64,000 bases of DNA from an uncultured Planctomycetota bacterium (GTDB lineage Bacteria; Planctomycetota; Planctomycetia; Gemmatales; Gemmataceae), in the NCBI GenBank assembly GCA_963849325.1, contig CAWKHF010000009.1, positions 423,439 through 487,438 on the forward strand. The letters are read 5' to 3'. Every line of letters starts with the position of its first letter. The first letter of the stretch is position 1. A model generated the notes under the pieces. That model was given only the letters and a program-made list of their open reading frames with translations, did no database searches and was not told where the DNA came from. Both the position numbers and the translations under genes were made by a program. Below are positions 39,075 to 49,730 of this stretch, one piece after another.

Positions 39075-39139
39075 GTTCTGAGTTCTGAGTGAAAGACAAG
39101 AGTGATCTTCTTCTTACTCAGAACTCAGAACTCAGAACT
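39060..39139. repeat. Inverted heptamer arrays (AGTTCTG)x4 and (CAGAACT)x3
   Basis: Read directly; overlaps the radical SAM stop codon. Confidence 0.85.
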
Positions 39140-39218
39140 TCGAGTCCTCTTGGCGAACGCCGGGCGATCCGTAGGAAGATGGTACGATAACCTCTTCTGT
39201 TCCTCGGGTGTCGAAGCC

Positions 39219-39767
39219 ATGGTTCACGATTTGAGCCAAGACATCGGACCGGCCGCCAACGGACAATCGTTGCCGCGCCAGGCCGTTGCCGGACTGATGC
39301 CGCCGCAGCTGGGCGAAGCCATGATCCGCGAAGTGTGGCCGACGATCATGGATGCGCAATCCGCCATCGCTTCGCTGGGATCGCGGCTCATCAAGACGAT
39401 CGTGCTGGCCCCGCTCGGTTGGCTCCTCAACGGCCTGCTCTTCGGCAAGAAGTTCATGCCGGTCCTGTGCAAGCGCTACACGCTGACCAATCGGCGCCTC
39501 ATGGTCCGCCGCGGCTGGAAGCCGGCCCCGATCCACGAGATCGCCCTCAAAGACATCGACGACGTCCGCCTCGTCGCCGACAGCTACGAGGCGTTTTACC
39601 GCTCCGGCGATCTGGAAGTGCTGTCCGGCGGCAAGGTGGTGCTGAAGTTGACCGGCGTGCCGGAGCCGGAATCGTTTCGCCACGCCATCGTCAACACCGT
39701 CAAGGCATGGGGCGGCCCGGACAAGCTCAAGGGGCCGTTCGTGCCGGCCAGCGCCCCGTCCAAATGA
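39219..39767 (+). CDS. Bacterial PH domain protein
   Basis: RYTLTNRRL....G, I.L.DID.V and GDL. Confidence 0.7.
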   Translation: MVHDLSQDIGPAANGQSLPRQAVAGLMPPQLGEAMIREVWPTIMDAQSAIASLGSRLIKTIVLAPLGWLLNGLLFGKKFMPVLCKRYTLTNRRLMVRRGWKPAPIHEIALKDIDDVRLVADSYEAFYRSGDLEVLSGGKVVLKLTGVPEPESFRHAIVNTVKAWGGPDKLKGPFVPASAPSK

Positions 39768-39792
39768 GTTTCGAGGCCCCATCTTTCTGTCT

Positions 39793-39850
39793 ACCAGCCC
39801 GGAGCGTCCGCGACGGGTGTTTGGACCCGTCGCGGACGCTCCGGGCTGGT
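39793..39850. repeat. REP-like palindrome (family A)
   Basis: ACCAGCCCGGAGCGTCCGCGACGGGT / ACCCGTCGCGGACGCTCCGGGCTGGT. Confidence 0.85.
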
Positions 39851-39881
39851 GGTCTCCCTCACCGCACAAGGAGGTGCGCCG

Positions 39882-40719
39882 ATGAAACGTCTCGTTCTTC
39901 TGCTGGGGATTGCTGGCGCCGTGCTCAGCGCCGGCGCGGCGGGCTGGTTGTGGCTGCTGCCTCCCAATCAGGAACGCGCCCTCGCCCGCATCAAGCAGCT
40001 GGGCGGTAAGGTCCACACCGACGACGGTTACCGCGAACGGCCGGTGGTCAAGGTCGATCTGAAGGATTGCCCCGTCCGCGACGAGGACCTGAGCTATTTG
40101 ACCGCCTTCCCCACTCTGCAATACGTGATCCTGACCGGCGCTCCAATCTCGGACGCCGGACTGAAGCACCTGACCGGGTTGCCCCAGCTGCGCGGCCTGG
40201 CCCTCAGTGGCCCAGCGGCGGGCGGCGAGGGCTTGCGGCACCTGGCCGGCATGACCGCCCTCCGTGAACTGCGGTTGGAGGGAGCGGAGTTGAACGACAC
40301 CGGCTTGACGCACCTGGGACGCCTGATCGGGCTGGAAGCGCTGGAATTGTCGGACGTGTCGCTCCGCGACGACGGCCTGGGCCGGCTGCGCGGACTGCTT
40401 AACCTCCAGCGCCTGACGCTGCACCGCACCGCGGTCGGCGACGCCGGCCTGGCTCACCTGGCCGGCCTGCGCGGCATTGAGGAATTGACGCTGGCCTCGC
40501 CGCGCATCACCGACGCCGGACTGGCTCACCTCAAAGGGCTGAAGCACCTGCAAGAGCTGAGTCTGGCGGACACCGCCATCACGGACGCCGGCGTGGCCCA
40601 TCTCCAGGGACTGAGTCGAGCTGCGCGAACTGGACCTGAGCAACACGCGCATCACCGAGGCGGGCCTGGCGGAGCTGCGCCGAGCACTGCCTGCGGCGTT
40701 CGTCTACCGTACCCCCTGA
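39882..40719 (+). CDS. Membrane-anchored leucine-rich repeat protein, indel near 40615
   Basis: 24-aa repeats ITDAGLAHLKGL..L..L.L; the alternative frame ends ELRRALPAAFVYRTP*. Confidence 0.85.
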
Positions 40720-40738
40720 AACCGAACCGAGAAAGGCC

Positions 40739-41140
40739 ATGAGCGACGCGACGACCACCGAGTTGCTGGAATTGAATCAACGTCTGCTGGACTGCATCAG
40801 CCAGGGCGACTGGGCGACGTATCAGACGTTGTGCGACCCGTCCCTGACGTCGCTGGAGCCGGAATCGTTGGGACATCTGGTCGAAGGGATGGCGTTCCAT
40901 CGCTATTACTTCGACCTGGGCGGAATCCGCGGCCGGCATCAAACGACCATGTGCAATCCGCATGTTCGTGTGATGGGCGACGTGGCGGTGATCGCGTACA
41001 TGCGGCTAGTGCAGCGCATCGGGCCGGACGGCAACGCGATGACGGTGGGCAACGCCGAGACGCGCGTGTGGCAACGCATCGACGGTCACTGGCGACACGT
41101 TCACTTCCACCGTTCGATGCTGATACCGATGTCGAGTTAA
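40739..41140 (+). CDS. NTF2-like protein (CaMKII association/DUF4440)
   Basis: LLDCISQGDW.TY..LCDP.LT..EPE, FHRYYF and ETRVW...W.HVHFHRS. Confidence 0.85.
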   Translation: MSDATTTELLELNQRLLDCISQGDWATYQTLCDPSLTSLEPESLGHLVEGMAFHRYYFDLGGIRGRHQTTMCNPHVRVMGDVAVIAYMRLVQRIGPDGNAMTVGNAETRVWQRIDGHWRHVHFHRSMLIPMSS

Positions 41141-41151
41141 TTTCCCATGAC

Positions 41152-41203
41152 AAGCCTGGAGCGTCCGCGATGGATCCTCACCCGTAGCGGACACTCCAGG
41201 CTT
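41152..41203. repeat. REP-like palindrome (family A, degenerate)
   Basis: AAGCCTGGAGCGTCCGCGA...TAGCGGACACTCCAGGCTT between convergent genes. Confidence 0.75.
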
Positions 41204-41208
41204 ATCTC

Positions 41209-42258
41209 TCACTCATCCATGCGCTCCACGCCTGGCACTGCCAGCACGAAATCGGGTCCATACGCCAGCGACGGCGTTTGATACCCCGGCGGTGCGTCGC
41301 CTTGCAGCACGCGCGTCACCACGGCCAGCGCCATCAGCATGGTGAACGTGTACACCTCCGGCCCCCGCAGACGCGATACGGCGCGGCGGCCGGTGCCGTC
41401 GCTCACTTCCCCCCACAAATAGGTCCGTCCCCGAGTGCGTTCCTCGTCGCTGGGACCGGGCGGCCCAGCCTGGATGCGGCGCTTGAGGAAGTTCTGCAAC
41501 AGCGATGAGCGCAGCGCCCAGCCGAGATGACGGCTCAGGCGCATCAGGCGCAATTGCCGACGTGAGACGGCCGTGTACACCTCGATGTCGCCGATGCCGG
41601 TACTGCGGTACGCCGTGGACACATCACCCCAGGGGATGGTGACGGCTCGCGTCGGTCCCTGGCCGAAGTCGATGTCGCGCGTCCGCCACGCCGCCGGCAC
41701 GCTCGTCAGCACGCCGCCTCGGCGAACGGCGCCGTCCCGGTGCAGGTTCTCGATGATGGTTGTGGCTGTGCCGCGCGAGAAGCTGCCAATGCCGTGAAAG
41801 CCCAGGGCCAGATGGGTCGCGGTCGGCAAGCGCCGGTGCAGGTGGGCAGCCAGGCAGTCCGACGGCACCACGTCGAAGCCGGCGCCCGGCAGCAGCAGAA
41901 CGCCGGCCGCCATCGCCTCCGTGTCGCGGCCGGCCAGCATCTCGAAGACACCGATCTCGCCGGTGATGTCGAGGTAGTGGACGCGCGCTTCCAGGCAGGC
42001 GTCGGCCATCGGCCGGGCCGTGTGCGCGAATGGACCGGCGCAGTGGAGTACGGCGGTCACGCCGTCCAGTCCGGCCCGTGTCGCCGCCGCGTCCTCCAGC
42101 GCGAAGACACGATGCTCCAGCCCCAGCTGCCGCGCCAGGACGGCGATCGCCTCGGCATTGCGGCCGGCCAGGACCGGACGCAGTCCGCGCACCACGGCCT
42201 CGCGCGCGATCAACCGGCCCGTGTATCCGTTGGCGCCGTACAGCAGAAATGTTGCCAT
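41209..42258 (-). CDS. Saccharopine dehydrogenase-like oxidoreductase
   Basis: YGANGYTG, LAGRN, HCAGPF, HYLDITGE and GFDVVPSD. Confidence 0.9.
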   Translation of the reverse strand: MATFLLYGANGYTGRLIAREAVVRGLRPVLAGRNAEAIAVLARQLGLEHRVFALEDAAATRAGLDGVTAVLHCAGPFAHTARPMADACLEARVHYLDITGEIGVFEMLAGRDTEAMAAGVLLLPGAGFDVVPSDCLAAHLHRRLPTATHLALGFHGIGSFSRGTATTIIENLHRDGAVRRGGVLTSVPAAWRTRDIDFGQGPTRAVTIPWGDVSTAYRSTGIGDIEVYTAVSRRQLRLMRLSRHLGWALRSSLLQNFLKRRIQAGPPGPSDEERTRGRTYLWGEVSDGTGRRAVSRLRGPEVYTFTMLMALAVVTRVLQGDAPPGYQTPSLAYGPDFVLAVPGVERMDE

Positions 42259-42508
42259 CGCCTGGACTCCACCAGCCCGCCGGTCCTCTCCTCTCCCCTC
42301 TCTCGCCTATCATACCGACACCGCCGGAGGGAGAGATGTCCCGGACTTGAGTTTGTTTGGCCGACCGCGAAAAAAACTGGCCGATGGTTGCCGGCATGGT
42401 CGATACGATAGGCAGACTTTGCGCCGTCCGACGGTGCGTGCGGGCATTGGACCGGGGCGGACCCGGAAGGGGAGGCGGCCCTTGTCGGCGGAAACGAGAG
42501 CACGGCAC

Positions 42509-44446
42509 ATGACCCTTCGATCCGCGACGCGGTCGGCCATCCCGTTGATGCTGCTCGCCGTGATGGGCTGTTATTTCCCCGTCCGCGCCAAGATCGACGC
42601 CGCCGTGTGCGACATCGCCAAGCAACCGTTCGACCTCCAGCACCTGGAAGCGGCCGACCAGAAGCCTCTCATGCCGCCGGCCGAGAACGGTTCGGTGACA
42701 CCGACCGCCTATCCTTCCGAGGAGGAGGAAACCTCGACCGAGGCGCAGCCTTCTGACCGCGGCCCCGTCCAGCCGGGCCAGCGCTATGACCCCTTCAAGG
42801 ATCTAGAGAAGTATCGCCGGCCGACGCTGCAAGTGCCGCCGGACCTGCTGCCCAACGGCCCGCCGCCGCCGTTCAAGCCGGGAGAGCTGGACACGTCGCA
42901 GCGGCGCGAGAGGCTGCGCCGCGAGTTCCAGCCGCTGCGGCCGCCCGGCCCGGATTACGAGGGCGTGCCCGGCCCGTTCGGCCATCCGCTGACGCTGTCC
43001 GAACTGCAGCGCATCGGCCTGAGCAGCAGCCCGCTTATCAAGCAGGCCGTCGCCGCCGTCGAGGTTGCCCGCGGCAACGCCTTCCAGGCCGGTCTGCCGC
43101 CCAACCCCGTCATCGGCTTCGAGGACGACACGTTCGGCACCACCGGCGGCGCCGGCTACCCGGGCGGCTTCATCGACCAGCTCATCGTGACCGGCGGCAA
43201 ACTGCAGCTACGTCGGGCCGTCTTCGCCATGGACCTGCGCAACGCCGAGGTCGCCCTGCGACGGGCGCAGATGGACCTGGCCACGCGCATTCGCACCTTT
43301 TACTTCCAGTTGCTGGTGGCGCGCGAGAACATGCGCGTCAACCGCATCCTGGTTGCCTTCGCCAACACCGTCTACGAGTTCCAGGCCGGTCAGGCCCGCA
43401 GCAAGGCCGAGCTGACCATCGCCGCCTACGAGCCGATGTATCTGCGCGCCCTGGCCAACATCGCCAGCGTCAACCTGGTCACGGCCCGCAACAGCTACAC
43501 CCAGGCCTGGAAGCAGCTGGTCGCCACCCTGGGCTTGCCCGGCATGCCCTTGACGCAGGTGGCCGGCCGCGTGGACATGCCCGTTCCCGTCTTCGACTTC
43601 GCCAAGGTCTGGGCCCACGTCGGCAGGAACAACACCGACGTGGCCACCGCCGACATCTCGCTGCAGCAGGCCCGTTTCGCCCTGCTGCTGGCTCAGGTCT
43701 TGCAGACAATCCCCGACGTGAACGCCCGCATCCTGATCCAGAAGGACTTCACCGGCCCGCCCAACGCGATCGCCCCGAGCCTCGCGGTGTATCTGCCCAT
43801 GCCGTTGTGGAACCGCAACCAGGGCGGCGTCGCCGCCGCCCAGGCCAACGTCATCCAGATGGGTGAGGAGCCGCTGCGCGTCCGCAATGACCTGTACACG
43901 CGCCTGTCGGAAGCCTTCCAGCGCTACCAGACCAACCGCAAGAACCTGGCTATCTACCGCGATGAAATCCTGCCCGACCTGGTGCGCGTCTACGATGCCA
44001 TTTATCAGCGCTACCAGATCGAGGGACAGGTGAACCTGCCGCCGCCTCCCGCCGGCGTGCCGGCGGCCATCCAGATCAATCCGCCGACCATCAACGACGT
44101 GGTGGTGGCCCAGCAACTGTTGACGAGCAACATCGCCAATTACGTCACCGCCCTCGGGCTGATGTGGCAGGCGGTGGTGGACGTGACCGATCTCATTCAG
44201 ACCAATGATATGTTTCGCCTCGGCGAGGAGGTGATGCCGACCGAGGCGGTGCCGGTGCTGCCGGACCTGTTGCCGACGCATCCGTGTTCGCCGTTGCCCG
44301 ACCCCCAGCTGCGACGCGGCGACGGCTCCTGGCCGGAAGCCATCCCCACTCGGCATAACTATCCCATGCCCAAGGCCGATGGCGAGGTACGTCGGCCGCA
44401 GCCGACGCCAGCGGCCTTGGCGACGGCGGTTGGGAGCGGCCAATGA
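42509..44446 (+). CDS. TolC-family outer-membrane efflux lipoprotein
   Basis: VMGC lipobox; QAGLPPNP..G, Q.IVTGGKL.L and P.P.WNRNQG. Confidence 0.8.
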   Translation: MTLRSATRSAIPLMLLAVMGCYFPVRAKIDAAVCDIAKQPFDLQHLEAADQKPLMPPAENGSVTPTAYPSEEEETSTEAQPSDRGPVQPGQRYDPFKDLEKYRRPTLQVPPDLLPNGPPPPFKPGELDTSQRRERLRREFQPLRPPGPDYEGVPGPFGHPLTLSELQRIGLSSSPLIKQAVAAVEVARGNAFQAGLPPNPVIGFEDDTFGTTGGAGYPGGFIDQLIVTGGKLQLRRAVFAMDLRNAEVALRRAQMDLATRIRTFYFQLLVARENMRVNRILVAFANTVYEFQAGQARSKAELTIAAYEPMYLRALANIASVNLVTARNSYTQAWKQLVATLGLPGMPLTQVAGRVDMPVPVFDFAKVWAHVGRNNTDVATADISLQQARFALLLAQVLQTIPDVNARILIQKDFTGPPNAIAPSLAVYLPMPLWNRNQGGVAAAQANVIQMGEEPLRVRNDLYTRLSEAFQRYQTNRKNLAIYRDEILPDLVRVYDAIYQRYQIEGQVNLPPPPAGVPAAIQINPPTINDVVVAQQLLTSNIANYVTALGLMWQAVVDVTDLIQTNDMFRLGEEVMPTEAVPVLPDLLPTHPCSPLPDPQLRRGDGSWPEAIPTRHNYPMPKADGEVRRPQPTPAALATAVGSGQ

Positions 44447-44455
44447 CGGTTGTCA

Positions 44456-44530
44456 TCCGAGCCTGAAGCGTAAGCGAAGAGCGCGACAATCGAAGGTTGT
44501 CGCGCTCTTCGCTTACGCTTCAGGCTCGGA
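44456..44530. repeat. REP-like palindrome (family A)
   Basis: TCCGAGCCTGAAGCGTAAGCGAAGAGCGCGACAA and its perfect complement, between convergent genes. Confidence 0.9.
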
Positions 44531-44542
44531 GGCGTTCGATAT

Positions 44543-45652
44543 TCATTTCTCCGCCTCTCTCTTCTTCAACCAGCGGTCCAGCCAGTCATAGGCCACGCGC
44601 CGCACTTCCGGCGGGAAATCGTGCTTGCAGTCGGGGTAGTTGGCCGCCAATCGATCCGCCGCACCGAGCAACTCATACACCGGCTTCGCCGCCGCGATGC
44701 AATCCCTCACGCCGGACACCTCGAAGTTGTCATCGTGCAACGGCGAACTGGCCAAGAACGCCCGCGGCGCCAGGGCGGCGACGACCTCCGGAAAATCGAA
44801 CGGCACTTTCTCCGGCTTCATCTCGTACTTACTGGCAATAAGCGGCATGTATCGCACACTGGTCCAGCCCTTCAATTTGCCGCCGTAATACTTGGGAAAG
44901 CTCGTGAAGCCGCAGTTGGACACACACGCCTTGATGCGCGTATCGAAGACGGCGGTGAACATCGTGTTGTGGCCGCCGAGCGAATGGCCGATGCAGCCGA
45001 TGCGCTCGGCATCGACTTCCGGCAGCGACACGAGCAGATCGACGGCCCGCATGTTGTTCCGGATCGCCTTCATGCTGCCCGACAAAAACCGGCTCTTGGC
45101 GAAATCATAGGGGTATTCGCCGAAGCTGGGATAGTCGGGGCAGAGCACGACGTAGCCGCGCTCGACGAGGTGGACGCCGATGCGTTTGTTCTCCTGTTTA
45201 CCCAGGCCGGCCGGCTCGTCCTTGCCGATGTTGATGGTCTGGTGCAGTACGAGTACACCGGGCAGCTTGCCCTTGCGCTCCTTGGGGACCAGCAGGTAGG
45301 CCGGGACGCGATCGTCCTTCTCGACGGCGAAGGTCAGCTTCTTGCGGACGTAATGCGGTAGTTCGGCTGTATCCGTCACTCTCACGTCGAGGGGCCCCTT
45401 CTGGCCATCGTCGGGCAGCGGTCCCATGACGAGCTGCATGTTGGCGAGGATGTGCGCCCGGCGCTGCGCCCAGTCCGCCGCCGTGCGCACCGGACGTTCC
45501 CGTCCCTCGGCGTCGCGCACCACGAGCAGTTTGTTTTTATCCGGATAAAACGGCGGTTCCGACCCCGAGCTAACCACAGAGTCACAGAGAACACAGAGAA
45601 GACAAGACACAGGCAAGAAAAGAAAGAGTTGTTGCGTGCGCTGGCGGAGCAT
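44543..45652 (-). CDS. Alpha/beta hydrolase (dienelactone hydrolase-like)
   Basis: VPAYLLVP, GYVVLCPD, nucleophile elbow GHSLGG, APRAF and HDFP. Confidence 0.85.
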   Translation of the reverse strand: MLRQRTQQLFLFLPVSCLLCVLCDSVVSSGSEPPFYPDKNKLLVVRDAEGRERPVRTAADWAQRRAHILANMQLVMGPLPDDGQKGPLDVRVTDTAELPHYVRKKLTFAVEKDDRVPAYLLVPKERKGKLPGVLVLHQTINIGKDEPAGLGKQENKRIGVHLVERGYVVLCPDYPSFGEYPYDFAKSRFLSGSMKAIRNNMRAVDLLVSLPEVDAERIGCIGHSLGGHNTMFTAVFDTRIKACVSNCGFTSFPKYYGGKLKGWTSVRYMPLIASKYEMKPEKVPFDFPEVVAALAPRAFLASSPLHDDNFEVSGVRDCIAAAKPVYELLGAADRLAANYPDCKHDFPPEVRRVAYDWLDRWLKKREAEK

Positions 45653-45697
45653 TGTTTTCTCCTTTTGTCTTCTCTGTGCTCTCTGTGACTCTGTGGT
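45573..45697. repeat. ACCACAGAG-type inverted repeat element (9-bp periodic arms)
   Basis: ACCACAGAGTCACAGAGAACACAGAGAAGACAA / TTGTCTTCTCTGTGCTCTCTGTGACTCTGTGGT. Confidence 0.85.
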
Positions 45698-45780
45698 GAG
45701 TTCTTTCGCGGCGTCTATGCTAGCAGTCGGGGATGGATCGTGCTATGGTGAGCGGAAACTCAGGATCGGGAGGGTCCGTT

Positions 45781-46796
45781 ATGCTCGTCGTCATGCACAG
45801 CCACGCGACGCCGCAACAGATCGAGCAAGTCCTCGCCGCCATAAGGCGCCTGGACCTGACGCCGCACCCCATGCCGGGAGCCACGCGCACGGCCATCGGC
45901 ATCACCGGCAACCTCAGCGCCGTCGATCCGCGCTCGCTGGAAGTGCTGCCGGGCGTGTTCGAGCTGATTCGCGTCACCAAGCCGTACAAGCTGGCCAGCC
46001 GCGAGATGCACGAAGCCGACACCTACGTCCGCCTGCCGCGGACAACCATCGGTCCCGGCACCTTCACGCTGATCGCTGGGCCTTGCTCGGTCGAGAACGA
46101 GGACATGGTCCTGCGCACCGCTGAATTCCTGTGCAACCACGGCGTCAACCTGCTGCGCACGGCGCCTTCAAACCGCGCACCAGCCCCTACGCCTTTCAGG
46201 GACTCGGCCAGGAGGGACTCGACATCCTGGCACGGGTGCGCCGGCGCACCGGCATCGGCATCGTCACCGAGTTGATGGATACCGACAACGCCGACGCCGT
46301 CGAGGAGGTAGCCGACGTCATCCAGATCGGTACGCGCAACATGCAGAATTTCAGCCTACTGCGCCGGGTATCGCGCTCGGCCAAGCCGGTGCTGCTCAAG
46401 CGCGGCCTGTCGGCGACGCTGGAGGAATGGCTGATGGCCGCCGAGTACGTCCTGGCCGGCGGCAATGCCAACGTGGTGCTGTGCGAGCGCGGCGTGCGCA
46501 CCTTCTCCGACCACAGCCGCAATACCCTCGACCTGTCGGTGATTCCGCCGGTCAAGCACCTGTCGCACCTGCCGATCCTGGTCGATCCCAGCCACGGCAC
46601 CGGCAAGCGCGATTACGTGCCGGCGATGGCCTTGGCGGCGCTGGCCGCCGGCGCCGACGGCCTGCTCATTGAGGTCCACCCCGAACCCGACCGCGCCCTG
46701 TCCGACGGCGCCCAATCGCTGCCCTTCGAGGCGTTCACCTGTTTGCTGTCGGCGCTGCGGCGCCTGGCCGAGCCGCTGGGCAAGACGATAAATTAA
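45781..46796 (+). CDS. aroF: DAHP synthase class I-beta, frameshifted near 46160
   Basis: [46 protein letters not shown] and DPSHGTG. Confidence 0.92.
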
Positions 46797-46859
46797 TTGC
46801 GGAGGCGTGAGAAACATGCCGTCCATCTTCACCAGGACGGGCATCTGGAGGGAGTTGAG

Positions 46860-47312
46860 ATGATCCAACAAGCTGCCGCGGCGCTGTGCGAGTTGTACGA
46901 GACGGATGAAACGGCGTGGCTGGAAGCGATGGCCGAGCTGATTGAGCAGCAACGATGGGGCGAACTCGATTATCCGCACCTTCAGGAGTATCTAACGGAC
47001 ATGGCACGGCGCGATCGACGGGAAGTGGAAGACCGTTTGATGGTGCTGATCGCACATCTCTTGAAGTGGTCGTATCAGCCCGATCACCGAACAAGGAACT
47101 GGCGTGGAACCATCATCGAGCAGCGACAGAGATTGGCTCGTCTGGCGAGTCGCGGTGTGTTGCGCAATCATGCGGAAACGGTCTTGCCGGAGGTCTACAA
47201 AGAGGCCGTCGAGCGCGCGGCTGCCGAGACAGGACTGGCGGTCGAGTCGCTGCCCGCAACCTGCCCGTACACCTTGGAGCAGTTATTATCCACCGACCTC
47301 ACGGCGGAATAA
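46860..47312 (+). CDS. DUF29 family protein
   Basis: LYETD..AW, LI.HLLKW.YQP, W..TI.EQR and P..CPYT. Confidence 0.85.
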   Translation: MIQQAAAALCELYETDETAWLEAMAELIEQQRWGELDYPHLQEYLTDMARRDRREVEDRLMVLIAHLLKWSYQPDHRTRNWRGTIIEQRQRLARLASRGVLRNHAETVLPEVYKEAVERAAAETGLAVESLPATCPYTLEQLLSTDLTAE

Positions 47313-49685
47313 TACCCACAGAGGCAGCCGGGTGAGCAACAGCACCACGCCCATCGCCGCCAGCGTGAAGAGACTGATCCTTCGGCCCAGACGGTACGAC
47401 TCCGGCTCGAACGTGAAGACGACCTCGTGCCGGCCCTCCGGCACGGCCACGGCGCGGAAGAGGTAGTCGGCCCGCTCGACAGACGCCGGCTTGTCATCGA
47501 TCCGGCACGTCCAACCGGGATACCACAGGTCGGCGAGGACCAGCCAGCCGGCCGGCCCCGGTTCGACGTCCACCACCACGCGGTTCGGCTCGTAGCGGCG
47601 GATGTCGGCGCGGCGCACGGTGCCGTCCGGCGCTGCCGGGTTCGATGACGGCACATCGCTTTTCCAACAGCACTTCCGCACGGAAATCGGTAGCGATCAA
47701 TCGCGGCAAGACTTCACCTCGTTCGGGCAGCGGCGCGGCGCGAAAGACGACGAAGGCGCGCGGCAGGACGGTGCGGTTCTCCCAGACGGTGTACGACGGC
47801 AGCTCGCGCACGCCGCCGGCAATGAAGTCGAAGGCTCGCGGGCGCGGGTCTTCGCGCACCGCCCGCCACTCGCTCTCGTGCTCCGGCGGACGCATGTCCG
47901 GTTGCACGAGATAGCGGACACCGAGCAGATCGAGCAGTGGTTTATTCACGATGCGGAAATCGCCGAGGACCGGGTAGGTGAAGGGGCCACTCTGGGCCTG
48001 CAAGGGAGCGTCGCTGCCGGCGATGAATTGCAGATATTCCTTGTAGCGTAAGTTGTCGATGGAGTTGTAGCCGCGCAGCGACTTCCAGGCGGTACATCAT
48101 TGCCAGCGGCGCTCCGGTGCCCAGCGGCGTAGCGCTGCCGCCGGGATGGTCGTCGCGGTCGAGGACGCGGCCCGGTTCGTGGCGACGACCGATCAGGAAA
48201 TCGACGCACGAGGAGGAGGCGTACAGCGCTGCTTGCGGGCGCGTCGCCACCAGGGGCATGGTCAACGCCCACAGGTCGAGCAGCAGCAGCAGTCCCCAGA
48301 CGCAGCGCGCCTCCGGCGCCCCGTCGGCGCGGTCGAACCGAGCAACCAGAACACGGCCGGCACCGTCAGCAGCAGCGACGGCCAGTAAGGATGGAAGCAA
48401 AGGGATTTGTCTTCGAGCAGCTGCCGCACGGCGAAACCGCCCGTCAGGATGGCGACCGCGATCAGCAGGCGGAACAGCAGACGACGGCTGCGTTGTCGTC
48501 GATCCGCCGCCGAATCAACGGCGCGAGTAGCATTTGCACGGCAGACCCCGCCAGGAAGGCGATGGGGAGGCTGAGGATCGAGAACATGCGAGCGGGCTGA
48601 CGGAACAGGCGGAAGCCGGGCAACCCCTGCACGACGACGGCTCCGCCGGCGGCGAAGAGCAGCAACAACACGGCCACACCGGCCTGGTAGCGCAATCGGC
48701 CTCGCCCCAGCCAACCGGCCGTCACCGCGGCAAACAGCCACAAGAAGGCGAGGCCGCCGCGATCCTCCCACTGCAAGTTGGCTGGCTCGGCCGTCAGAGC
48801 CGGGCCGACCAGGAACAAGATCGACCGCAAGCCACCGGCCACGACTTGTTCGGAGCCGACACCGAGGGCGCGGCTGGATTGTCCGGCCGCCTCCAACGTC
48901 GGCAACAGCTGCACCGCGGCCAGACCGACGCCCACCAGCGCCGTCCACAGCCCGAAGACGAGCCAGCACGCCAGCGCCTCCGCCAGGCGGCGCGATGGCG
49001 AGACACCGTCCTTGGCCTGTGCGGAGTCGTGCCCCCGGCCGGCGCGATCCAGGGCCGCACCGAACGTCCAGAGCGCGAGGAACAGGCTGGCGTAGAAAGT
49101 GTACTGTGGGGCCGTGCCGAGGAGGAGCAGGCCATAAACACCGCCGGCGGCCGTCGCCCAGGTCACGCTCGCTCGGCGGATGGCCCGCTCCAGCAACAGC
49201 AGCACGAGCGGCAGCCAGGCCAGGCCGATCAGCAGGTAATGCCCTCCCAGCAGCAGGCGCTGCAGCCAGGAGCCGGCGAACATATAGCCGACTGCCGCCA
49301 CCAGCGCCGCCGCCGCGATCAGTCCCTGCTCTCGGCTGTAGGCGTACATGCACCAGCCGGCCACGATGACGTGGAACACGACCAGCCAGCTGAGGGCCAT
49401 TCCGACCCGCTCCTCCGGCATCACCAAGAACAGGGCGTGCGGCGGATAAAACACCGCCGCCAGAATGTCGTGAACGAACGGCTCCCCCGCGAATTGGTAG
49501 GGACACCACAAGGGCAACTCGCCCGTCTCGCGCCAGGCGCGGGCCAGGAATTGCTTGCCGGGCAAGTGCAGGGCGATCAGGTCGGAGTGATCGGAGTAGA
49601 GCACTCGATCGGGGTGCCGGACGAGGTCGTGGAAAAACAGCAAGCCGAGCAGAGGGATAAGGAGCAATGGCAGGCCGGACCTCAT
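47286..49685 (-). CDS. YfhO-like multi-TM glycosyltransferase-related protein, several frameshifts
   Basis: GELPLWCPY...G.P, FYPP, AAVQLLPT, FRQPAR, LLGVRY, LPRAF, LVLAD..YPGW and GRH.V.F.F.P spread over several frames. Confidence 0.75.
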
Positions 49686-49730
49686 CCGTTCCCTCTTTTC
49701 CTTGGCGACCATCGGCATTAGCATAAGGAC

